Made by a program: the position numbers and the translations under genes. This document shows positions 46,281 through 57,309 of a stretch of 64,000 bases of DNA, piece after piece (positions within the stretch are counted from its first letter, which is position 1; each line of letters begins with the position of its first letter). Source of the stretch: Oikopleura dioica (lineage: Eukaryota > Animalia > Chordata). The stretch is from contig OU015566.1 in the NCBI GenBank assembly GCA_907165135.1, positions 3,906,001 to 3,970,000 of the forward strand, written 5' to 3'. The notes below the pieces were generated by a model. That model was not told the origin of the DNA. It did no database searches and worked only from the letters and a program-made list of their open reading frames with translations.

Positions 46281-48712
46281 TTATGAAATGGAAAGTTTCA
46301 AAGAGATATTTTCTTCCTTATCTTCTTTTCTTTTCGTATTTTTCTTGTAGAATTCTTCTAGCTCTGTTATGGACTGTAGCAGCGGGGCACCCTTTGTTTC
46401 TGGAAGTTTTTGGCTGAAAAAGAGGTTGAAAAAGAGTGTCGAAAGAATGGCTATACCAAAGTCTAAAAACAGCAAACATCAAAAGCGCAAAAACAAATTT
46501 GGGAATGCAAGTTGAAATAAATCCTAGCTTCGCAATCTGCGGAGCAATCAGGGACCCGAATCTTCCTCCAAGCGAGCATATCGCGAAGCAAGTGGCGCGA
46601 ATATCTGTCGGGAACATTTCACCGGTGTAGACGAAAAGAAGGGCGAAAACGGCGGAGACGGCGAAAAATGTTGTGTATTGAAGAATGAGGACAGTGAGAT
46701 CGAAGGTTGAAGAAATTGAGTTTGCCTGAAAAATAAGTGTCTCACAATGCTAAACGAGATCTTTATTAGGGGAACCGACAAAAAATTTCGACAAATTTTG
46801 CATGGAAATTTTCAACCAATCAGAAGCCTGGATTCGGCTTACCGGCCAATCACCAGCCGAGTAGCCGCCTACGCAAAATTCGTCGTAATTTTTTGTCGGT
46901 TCCTGAAATCAACCCCTTTGTTAGGCAAAAACTTGCCTGTAAGTAAATCACCACACTACTGGCGATCGAGCAAACTCCCGCCAGCAAGCATCCCTTTCCA
47001 ATGAGAACTGTTCTGTAGCACCAGACCATATTCACCACCAGAACCATGAGCAATGCCCCCAATCCCTCCATCGCCGCCGTCAGCACATTATTAACCAGCG
47101 TATTTCCCGGCAAATCAGCAGGCAACAGCAGCGCGAAATAATACATTCCAATAAACATCCAAAGAAAAAACATCCTCAAAACAACAGAACGGGTTGAGTC
47201 TCGAGCGAGGATTTTGACGACTTTAGTGACGAGTTTTTCTTTTTTTACATCTTCGTTGTTTTCAGAAGCAAGGGCTTTTTGCTCCTCAAGGATTTCGTGA
47301 AGAAGTTCTTCTGAAAGCTCCGAGCCACAGTTTTTACTGTATTGCTTGAGAGCATTTCTGGCTGGGATGAATTTTCCACTTGAGAATAACCAACGATAGG
47401 ACCTTAAAATTGCTGTAAAAAAGTTTTCTCAAAAACCTGTGTAGAAACCTGAGTCAGGTCCTTTTAACCCAAAAAAAGCTGACTCAAGTTTTTAACACAA
47501 AAAACTGAGTCAGGGTCCTTTACCTCCCAAAGAAGCTCTCGAAGGATCCTGAGTCAGGTTTTAAACACCGAATCCTGAGTCAGGGTCCCGAAAAGCCCAA
47601 AGAAGCTCTTCTAGGACCCTTACTCAGGGTTTTAGCACAGAACACTGAGTCAGGATCCCAAGTGCCCAAAGAAACTCTTCCCGGACCCTGACTCAGGTTT
47701 CAAACACAGGAATCTGAGCCAAAGCCTACCTTGGCACAAAATACCAAACAAAAAAGCTGACAGTCGGCATGATACTCAGCGCCACAAGAATATCCAACCA
47801 GGAGTCAAGAAAGAACCCAAGAATCGAATTCAGAAAAACGCCAAAGCTGAAAATCACTCCACAAGCAAACATGCCCGTTTGAGTTCGGAATTTTGGAGTG
47901 CTCATTTCGGTCAAATACACAAAGCAAATGACGCTGTTAAAAGTGTTTTACATTTTTTGTCCTTCGATCAAAATTGACCCAAAAACAGAAAACACTTTCC
48001 TAGCTCCATGAGCACAGCCATTCATAAAAATCCTCCCAATAATGAAAAATCCGACATTTTGCGGCCCAAGAATTCGCGTAAACAGCGCTGCCAAGGATGA
48101 TAAGAAGGAAAAAATGACCATCGCAGTTTTTCGCCCAAACTTGTCAGAAATCAAGCCGGAGAGTAACACACCGGGAAAGAGGCCCATCATCGTCCCGGTT
48201 TTGAAGTCGTGAACGAGCTAGTTGCAAGATGAGGAGGTGAAATCAAGGAAGAAGACCTACTTTTTCCCGATCGCAGAGGAGACTGAAATGGATTGCAGCG
48301 GTATTTTCAGTCCAATTATTGGCGAAAGAATATTCGATAGGAAGACCATTTTCGGTGCAGTTTTTGGATCGATTTTCTAGACGAAATTAAGTGAAAACCA
48401 GAATAACTTTTTTTTATTTATGATAATCAATTTAATGAAAATTAAATAAATGAACTAACCATTCAATCTCCAATCAAAAATCTAGGTCGAACCCCTCGAT
48501 TATGCTCTAATTAATAAATATCATGTCCTTTGAATACCTGGGAGAGCAGCTAGAATCACATCACTTGTAATAAAAGATCCAGCAACTGTCCACAAAATCA
48601 AACTCAAGCCAGCACATAAAAATCTCGGATATTTTGCATTTTCGTCTATTACATCGAAAATTCTGTCCAGATTGCTTTTCTTCTCCTTGTTCATCTTTTC
48701 TCTTTCTTCCAT
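46281..48712 (-). CDS. SLC22-family organic ion transporter
   Basis: GVLLSGLISDKFGRK, IGRIFMNG, YLTEMSTPKFRT, MYYFALLL..DLPGN, MFPTDIRAT, GGRFGSLIAPQI, LPETKG. Confidence 0.85.
46771..46903. mobile_element. CCAAT-containing palindromic MITE (same family as 26474-26607)
   Basis: TIR GGAACCGACAAAAAATTT / AATTTTTTGTCGGTTCC with internal ACCAATCAGAAGCC. Confidence 0.82.
47435..47722. repeat. Tandem array of CTGAGTCAGGGTCC...GGACCCTGACTCAG hairpin units derived from a MITE terminus
   Basis: Starts with ACCTGTGTAGAAACCTGAGTCAGG, the TIR of 51046-51269. About four hairpin units share an internal CCAAAGAAGCTCT. Confidence 0.8.
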
Positions 48713-49236
48713 TTTTTTGATTTCTCAAAGAAATATTTGATGATTTTTTTTCTGTTTTAGATGGTGCGACAATTTTTTTTTGAGTGATTAAGTTTACGAC
48801 CCCGTTTTTTTGTCTAACTAAGCCAATAAAGGCGTAAAAAACGTAAAAATCGGCGGGTGGTCAATTTTGAAGATTTTCAAAATCGAGCTTTTTTCGCGAA
48901 AAAATCAGATATTAGTTCTTGACATTTTACCTCGAAGTGAAAATCTCGCTTGAAACAACTCTTTTTTCTTGTGTTTCTTTTTTTTTTCTTGAAAAAGCAA
49001 ATCAATGGAAACAAAAAAAAGCGAATCAGAAGGGGGCCGCGAAGCAATTTGCCTGGACAAATTTGGCAAAGGTAAAGGCAATGAAATGATTATGAGCAGC
49101 CGCGGACAGTTTATGCATTGGTATAGATGGGGGTCCACGGTAACATGACTTTGAGCAATTCCTGCTTTTATCACGTGACACAGATAAGGCGGTCTTTTTT
49201 CTTATTTTTGCAATTTTCTAATTTATTTTTTCTCAT

Positions 49237-49863
49237 TCATGTGTTCAGATTTTTCTTGTTCTTCTTCATAGGAGTAGATTTAGGAACAATGATCGAGTAC
49301 TCGTCATCCTGATGGACAAGTGGAATGTCAAGTGTAGGAGAATTCAAGCCTGAAAAAGCAGAGCAGCTCGATTCTTGATGAGACTGAGAAAAGGCGTTTC
49401 TTCTTTCGCGGACGATCGAATATTTTGCCGGCTTCATCAAATCTTCTGTTCCAAATGATACCAGCTCCCACAAATCGACGACTAGAAAAAAAACTGAATT
49501 TTGGTGCGGATCAGACACTAGGGTGGGCGATACCCTCGGGGGGCGTTTTTGGGGGGTAAGGGTTTTCTCAGCCAATGAAACGTCGGTGTTCCCTGCGTGA
49601 GCCAATGAGAATCGAGCGCTTCCCCAAGCCCTCCAACCTTTTGCCCACCCTAGGTTTGATGAAGTACCTGATCTAAGTCCTCGTTTTCCTCTTCTCCTAG
49701 TGAAATTTTCTTTTTTCTTCAAGTGAATATAGCACAAGTACTTCAGCAAAACTCTGACGATAGCATACAAAAGGGCAGTGACAGAAAACGCCGCCATCGC
49801 GAAAAATATCACCTTGAAAATTTTCGAGTTCGCAAGAGCCGCCAGAGTTTGAAATGCTCGCAA
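49237..49863 (-). CDS. Putative single-pass membrane protein, 3' exons
   Basis: Hydrophobic IFKVIFFAMAAFSVTALLYAIVRVLL followed by a basic stop-transfer stretch and a Ser-rich tail. Exon structure not resolved. Confidence 0.4.
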   Translation of the reverse strand: MRAFQTLAALANSKIFKVIFFAMAAFSVTALLYAIVRVLLKYLCYIHLKKKENFTRRRGKRGLRSGTSSNLGWAKGWRAWGSARFSLAHAGNTDVSLAEKTLTPQKRPPRVSPTLVSDPHQNSVFFLVVDLWELVSFGTEDLMKPAKYSIVRERRNAFSQSHQESSCSAFSGLNSPTLDIPLVHQDDEYSIIVPKSTPMKKNKKNLNT

Positions 49864-50552
49864 ATGCTCGCGAGCGCAAAGAGCGAGAGCAAAAATTTAT
49901 CATTGCTCTGAGAGCAGGGGAGCGGGAGCATGAAAATGAAGTTGGCTCGAGAGCCAAAAGAGCGCGAGCCCAAATTTGAAACCGCTCGCGAGCGCGGAGA
50001 GCACGAGCGCATATGTCGGCAATGCTCGGGAGCTAGACGAGCGGGAGCGGCTGCTCTCGTGCTCGCCATGGAATTGACTCACGAGCGGCTCGCGAGCAAA
50101 ATTAAAGGAACAATTTTTTGCATGATTATTCACTTTCATGGATAAATTTCTCTCGTGGATCAATTTTTCGTGTTTCCGTTTTCTTCAAGCTTCATTAGGT
50201 CCGTAATCTCGGCAGCGGAACGCGAAAAGCTGAGAGTAAACAGATAAAAGATGCTCACCGCGAAGTGCTAACTCCTGTGAGAGGGACTCATTTGGAATTA
50301 GTAACGGGGTCGCCGAATCACTTTAGGCTCTTGAAAGCTGCTCGCGAGTCAGATTTTTCTGCTCGCGAGCCAATCGAGCGAGAGCAAAATTTGACCAGTG
50401 CTCGGGAGCCAGGAGAGCGAGAGCGCGAAATAAAATGTGCTTGCGAGCGCAAAGAGCGCGAACGCTGAAATAAATGCGCTCGGGAGCACGAAGAGCATCA
50501 TGTTCGTGCTCGCTCGCTCTCAAGTGAGCCGCTCGCGAGTCTCGAAAATTTC
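49817..50552. repeat. GAGC/GCTC-rich MITE-like repeat region (two blocks)
   Basis: Blocks 49817-50110 and 50330-50552 are packed with CGAGC/GCTCG. Outer ends are inverted (GAAAATTTTCGAGTTCGC vs GCGAGTCTCGAAAATTTC). Confidence 0.6.
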
Positions 50553-50937
50553 AAACGCTGAGAGCCGCTGCGGAAATTAGCGCCGAACCATATGTTTTGA
50601 ACAAATTTCCTGAAAAAAATTATTTTCGAAAGTCGAAATTCGAAAAAAACGAACCTGTTCGGATTTCCATTTTGTGATCGTGCATTGTGCTCTCTGTAAT
50701 GAGAGTATCGTCGTTAATGATGTTGCTTATCTCTTCGATTGGAATCGGCATTTTTACGAGAGAACCGGAATGACTCGAGAAAAAATCATATAGAGAGAGA
50801 ATAAAAAATGCATCACTTATTTATGCGCCCGTCATATCCTCTTTATCCCCGCTGAAATCAATATCGATGCGCCCGTGTTTCATCTGTCCAGCTTTATATC
50901 TGCTCAGGCAGGTACTTTAACAGCCCGTCATAGACTA

Positions 50938-50982
50938 TGAAAAGAAGATGTAACTATGACTCATAGTTACATCTTCTTTTCA
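50938..50982. repeat. Perfect palindrome with 22-bp arms and a 1-nt loop
   Basis: TGAAAAGAAGATGTAACTATGA-C-TCATAGTTACATCTTCTTTTCA. Confidence 0.9.
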
Positions 50983-51045
50983 ATAAAGAATAAGCTGGTC
51001 TTTTTCCGCCATATATAACCATTTTGGTAAAGACAGGCCTCTGCA

Positions 51046-51269
51046 ACCTAAACAGAAAACCTGAGCCAGGGTCCGAAAAATTCAAAACGAAAAGCCGCGT
51101 AGCGGCCTTTTAAAAAACGAAGCTGCGAAGCGGCTTCGCAAAACTACCATTTATATGGATCAAAATATGATTTCTGGCAAAGCCGCTTTGCGGCTTTATT
51201 TTTAAAAAGCCGCTACGCGGCTTTTCGTTTTGGATTTTTCGAACCCTGACTCAGGTTTTCTACACAGGT
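51046..51269. mobile_element. MITE with TIR ACCTGTGTAGAAAACCTGAGTCAGGG and internal AAGCCGCnnnGCGGCT mini-hairpins
   Basis: Inverted termini. Related copies at 61700-61855 and 61899-62032. Confidence 0.78.
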
Positions 51270-53895
51270 TCTCGAGGAAAGGGATTCCTAAAAGAAATTA
51301 TAATTGGGAAAAAATGATTCATTTTTTCTAAAGACCAGAAGTTTCTCTGAACAATCAGCATTAGAAGTTCACCATTTCTCCGCCAAACATGGCCAGTGGC
51401 TTGTCCATCCGAAGTCCTTAGGAAAGCAAATCTTCGCGCCTTATCGAAAATGTTCGAACACATGAAAATTCTTCGGAATAGGCTTTATTCATGCGATTTA
51501 GAAACTGAGTTATCAAAGCATTTAATATCGTATCGTGGCAGCTTTCGTTTGTCCGTGTTGCTGATAAACACACTCCAACATCCATCTGCTAACCTCCAAG
51601 CGCCACTCGTTAAACACGTTCTCGTATTTTTAGAAAACATATAGCCCCGAATCAACTGTTGTTTGATCGTATCGATATAAACTTTGTGCAAGTTTGGAAT
51701 AACTGGCGCTGGAAAAATCGAGTTATTGAAATTCTCTTCCTTGATTTCACAATTCCGCGGTCAGATTTGAGCCAATTAGATGTCTCTTTTCGGCTTGTTG
51801 GCCAATCAGATTGCCGGAAAGAATTATTGCGAAATTCGAATGTATTTTTGCACATTCTTTTCCCGAAATCTGATTGGCCAATTAGCCGAAAGGCGACATC
51901 TTATTGGTCAATTATCTAACCAATATTTCGCTAAATAATTCCTTTCGGGTTTAACCAATTTATGGAAGTGATTTGATGGATCAGGGTTTTGATTGGCCGG
52001 AAGGCCAAATAGAGCAATCTTATTGGCTATCCGAAAATGCACTTCCATAAATTGGTTTAGTCCTTTTTTCAATTTTCTTGAATTTTCATCATAAAAATTC
52101 ATATCTGAAGTTCAGAATCTGAACTATAGAGGACAAGAAAATTTATGATTCATCAATATTCGAAAATTATTTTTGGTGAAAACGGAATTATTTAACGCAA
52201 CCGACTCTATCTGTTTGGTCTTATTTGTCTCCTTTGTAAAAACTCTTCAACCTCATGTTTGAGCACTTGATGACTTACATATTTCATTTAATAATTCAGG
52301 CAAATTGACTCGAAGTTGTCACGTGTGCTTGGGCCCTAGAAGAGTTGCTGCGCCTGCTGAGCTCGTTGGAAAAAAACATGACTTAACCGGACTCAGCGAT
52401 ACGAACAACAAACAAAACAACATGCCCAAAGCGTCATTTCGCAAATGCAATCGTTTGAGGCCACATGTCGAGATTACGGAGGAAATGATAAAAGGCTCAA
52501 TCAAGAATTCATAAACACATCAAATTTTTAGTAGTAATAAAAATTATACATTGAATAGTAATTATATTATATTATATTAAGAATCACTGATAACGTATCT
52601 TGAAAAAATGAATTCTAAATGAGTGTTTCTCCAAAAACTTTCAAGTTGAAAAAGTCTCAATTTATCTTCCCGAACTTAGCATATCTGAAAGCGGCGTTTC
52701 TTCGCTAGACGCATATTTGGTGTGCTTGAATTGTACCTTCGAATATATGCATCGCTGGACCACAGGACGAATTAAAAGGCAACCACAGCTTCGGGGTCGG
52801 TAATCGTTCTCCGCGGACTTTCTTGAATCCACAAGAATGCTGATCTACGCGCAACTCGAAAATATCCAATTCGAGAAATCCAAATCCAAAAAACGATGAG
52901 CTACTGTTAATAATCTGGGCTGACCGCGAGGGTAGTAAGAAAACATGCATTTTTGGAGACTGACTCGCTCACGTGACCGCTAACGACGTGAAATCGACCC
53001 TGATCGAGGGTAATTAGGATTTGCATGGCGCAGGGAACGATCTCAAGAATCGCATGATTTAACTTTTATTCGAATTTTGAATTACCGTTTTTTCCTTTAT
53101 ATAAAAAAGAGGGTCCCCGTTGTCACTATCGATAGCCCTAAAATATTTTCAACACAGCAGGTGCCTTAACGTTGCAAGCGATCGTAAAAATGGAGAGGAC
53201 CTGGCTTTTTTGACATTCCTGCACGTGACCCAAAGAATCCGGCCATGTCACTACCGCCACGGCTCGGCAAGCCCTGCCAGCGCTGAGAGAAAAAAAAATG
53301 ATCTTCCACGAAATAAAATGCTAAAAGCCGCTCGTCTAAACCCATCAAAACACGCGCGGCGTCAATAATTAGCGCTTCGTAAAGTACCCACGAAATGTGT
53401 TTTTAGAATGTAGAAATGCTCAATTGAATCCTTCCTCTTTTTCAGTACGTGTACGCTCTTGATTTTGCAAAGTTTATTCTGCTGAACAATCAACACCTCC
53501 CGTTAGAGTCCTTGGCACTTTTTCCATCGAGCCCGAGAGGGGAGCTCTTAGTTAAGAATTCTCCCTTTCCTTTTGTTTGAAAAATGCCCACGTTTAGTTC
53601 TGCAATTTCCGAGGCCAGCTCGAAATCACTCGAAATTCAAGTGGCCGCCGCGATGCCCCGGAGAGCCGAACAATTCGCTCCATCTCAACTTGAAAAATTG
53701 AGTTTCATGTTTTTCGCCTGAGTTCAAATAATTATACCTCGCATTGACCAGAGGGCCACGTCTCAAACACTCAAACTCCTGTCCGCCTCTGAGAGGAACT
53801 TGTGGTCGAAAATGATAAGGACTGACCGAGACGCTAACCGAATGTAAGCCTTACACTTACTTACTGTCATTTGATGGTGTTTTGACAAGTTCAAC

Positions 53896-54430
53896 GGACA
53901 TTAAGGGTACTACCTTCGATTTCTCGAAAATTGGGAATATCGAAGGTAGTACCCTTAAGGGTTTTCAGTCTCTAACCCTAACCAAATGCCGAAATTCTAG
54001 AGAGATTTCATCGCTCTATTTACTTATGATTTCGGCTCAAAAACGGGACATTAAGGGTACTACCTTCGATTTCTCAAAAATTGAGAATATCGAGGGTAGT
54101 ACCCTTAAGGGTTTCCTATCTCTAACCCGAACCAAATGCCGAAATTCTAGAGAGATTTCACCGCTCTATTTACTATGATTTCGGCTAAAAAACGGGACTT
54201 TAAGGGTACTACCTTCGATTTCTCGAAAGTTTGGAATATCGAAGGTAGTACCCTTAAGGGTTTCATATCTCTAACCCGAACCAAATGCCGAAATTCTTGA
54301 GAGATTTCATCGCTCTATTTACTTATGATTTCGGCTCAAAAACGGGACATTAAGGGTATTACCTTCGATTTCTCAAAAATTGGGAATATCGAAGGTAGTA
54401 CCCTTAAGTGTTTCCAGTCTCCAACCCGAG
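53896..54430. repeat. Tandem array, ~150-bp unit x 3.5, each unit containing a TTAA-GGGTACTACCTTCGAT...ATCGAAGGTAGTACCC-TTAA hairpin
   Basis: TTAAGGGTA starts at 53901, 54051, 54200 and 54350. Confidence 0.92.
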
Positions 54431-57309
54431 AGTTTCGAGCCGAAACACAGGCCATAATTCTAGAGATATTTTTCTAGAGAAAATTTCTAGAGATGGCTCT
54501 AGAATATGTTCAGTCAATATTATGCTGAAAATGAGTTGATTGGATCAAATGTTCGCTTTCATTTAGAGTTCTCCATGTAACGCTTGTAACAATTGTTGCA
54601 AAAGTTATGTTATCTTGTAAGTTTGCTGGATTCTAACACGATCAGATAACAAGCACCTACTTCACGACTCATCTGCGGCCAACAAAGCAGTTGCATATTT
54701 TTTGAGTTAGACCCACATACATAACTGTCTCATTCAAGACGAACTTTAAGAAACACAGTAAAAATGGGTCGAAAATAGAATTTTTGAAGAAAAAATTTCT
54801 TACAATTTTTGATCATATTTTCCCCAAACGGTAATAAGTGACCCACACTGGTCCCCAAGTCATTATAAATTGATAGTCTTCAGAAAACAGTCCATTTACT
54901 GTCATTATTAAATTTTGAGTAAGCCCACTTTCGGCAGTGCCGAATCGGCACACTGAATGACGAATGCTATAAAAATTTTAACTGAATGACATTTTGATAG
55001 CTTTGACGCGCGAATAATTAAGATCAAAACCGATCATTGTATCAATGATGGAATCTTCCGATTTTTAAGGAAGGCCATTTCAGTACCTAAAAATAAATTT
55101 GGCAAAATGCAGTTGTTTTCCCCTTCATTCGAATCTAAGATTCTTCCAAATCCGAAAAAGGAGACAAAACTGTTTGTATTGGAAACAGTATTTTAATTGG
55201 TTCCTTGAGCAGGAGAGTGAGAGAGAAGCCACTCTCCGATGATATGCGGCTTATCGCCCTGCGAGGTCCAGATATCCCGCTGCGTTTTATCACTTGCCCG
55301 CTCAGAGTTCGGCTCTTTTGGCTTTTTAAACTGATTACGTTCCATTTTATCTTCGCTTCTCCATAGCCCTTATTTTTGTATACTTATCTTGCTATAAGAG
55401 CAACCTTCCCGGGGTAGTCATTTTCCCACGTGATTTATTACAACGAGAAGAATCAGAATTCCAAAATGGAAAAAGGAGAATCGCGGCAGCATTCTTCCGG
55501 TGTGGAATTTGCCCTTTTTCATATTACCGTCACGATCAGATTGGATGATTTCATTTTCTTCTCCGGAGGATCGTTTTTTCGAGGAAGCTTGTTTTAATTT
55601 TGAATTTCCGTGATTTTAGAAATTGATATTTTCTTCTTCGCTTTGAAAAAACTGCTGAGAGCGGAGAGCAGATTTTTAAAAGCTGTGTTGATTCGGCCGA
55701 ACTTGACGGCACTAGCCCCGTCAAACATACAACCTTATCATTAACAAACTTGCTTCATTTCAGTTTACCCACGCACTTGCAAAAATATTCTTAGTATACG
55801 CCCTACGCGTATTTTAGGTCAACTTCGATTTCTTGATCTACTGGACTTTTCTGAGGCTTCTTTTGTTACCTTGACAGACTATCAAAATAAATTATCTGAT
55901 TTTTTTTCTTCCAGCAAGAGTTTGTCTTCCACCAGTGTTAAATGAAGGTCCTCCGGACGATTCCTGATGGATCAGAACCCCTAGCACTAATTTTTTTCTT
56001 CCTTTTTTATTTTTTGTCCTTGACAAATTGATTCTTTGAACACTTTCAAATCGAATAGGAATAATGGCGTAAGTGACAAATCGAAACTTTCGACCATTTG
56101 AAGTCGATAAGTGCGGCCCATTAAATCTGATTCAAGATAAGAGGTTTCTGAAGCCACAGAAATCCGGAGATTCTTAATTGATCCCATCTCACGAGCCCTT
56201 AAAAAATGGTTCCTTTATGTCTAACAAGGGTTTTTATCTACCAAGCTTTTTTGTCGCCCAGACAAAATCTAGACAAATCTTTCTGGATAAAGTTTACCGT
56301 CTAAGAACCAAGAAAAAGGCCGCGAAAATGCTTGTGTCTGTTTTGAAAACAGCTCTACTTAACTGCATTATTTATAAAAGTGCAGGAAAAGCTCGCTCGT
56401 CGGATTTTCTTTTGATGCATTTTTAAGCAGCTGGCTCGGTATATAAACAAGCATTTAGCTGGAAGAGAAGTTAGAAAATAAAACGATGAACATTTTTCTT
56501 CTTTTTCTTGTGACCATCCCGCACGGGGCGGAGGCTATTTTGAATAGAAAGCAGCCTTCTTTACTTGAGGTAAGCAGATTTTTTTCTTAAGGGTATTAGT
56601 AATACCGTATTAATAATACCGTATTACCTTCGATTTCCAAAACTTGAGGCTTGAATAACTCTGAACCTGTGAGAGCTAGAGGTAATCAAAAGAGGAAAAA
56701 ATGAAAATTTATCCTTAATCTTAATTTTGTCAATGCGGTATTTTGATTCGTCAACGAACAATCGGCTAAATTTTTCTTCAAAATCGTCAATTATTCTGGG
56801 TTGTATCTACCTTTTTCCTTGCTCCATACCGTCCCTTCGTTTGTGGTTCAATTTTTTACGGATGGGTCAAATTTCAATAGTGTGGAAATCCTTGTTTAGA
56901 TGCTGATCCGAAAAGTGCAAAACAACTTTAGCGCAGTAAAACGTGGAGACTTCCGGAAAAGACAACTCGAGCTCAAAACGCCCTTCTATGATTACTGAAT
57001 AAAGAAACTCTCTTCTCCCTACCTGGAAAGCGTGTTATTTAACCAATAAGAGCATAATCCCTCGATTGGGCAAATGAAACGGCACACGAAGCGGTCCGAA
57101 GCGGCTGACAGTTGAAAAGGATGAAAGTTCACCGAGAAAGGTGCCAGCTGCGCCGGCCACAGTTAAAAATCCGCAAGGTCAGCGAGAGCGACTAATCAAG
57201 CAAGCTAGAATGAATCTTGCTAGAGTTTTTCTGGTAATAGTTAATCATTCGCAGAGTGACTCCGCGAGGTAGGCGCGGGTGCTTTTATTCAATAACTGTA
57301 TTCTGAAGC

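Noticed and set aside
47435-47722. CRISPR-like repeat-spacer array
   Set aside because: Eukaryotic intron, no cas genes, units alternate in orientation and match a MITE terminus, and the spacers are similar to each other.
53896-54430. CRISPR array or coding repeat (ORF 53882-54178)
   Set aside because: Whole 150-bp units repeat with no unique spacers; the ORF is a by-product of the repeat.
51300-57200. Protein-coding genes or RNA genes in the 51-57 kb interval
   Set aside because: Only short ORFs and isolated splice-like signals; no recognisable domain, tRNA or rRNA could be supported by eye. Small exons may have been missed.
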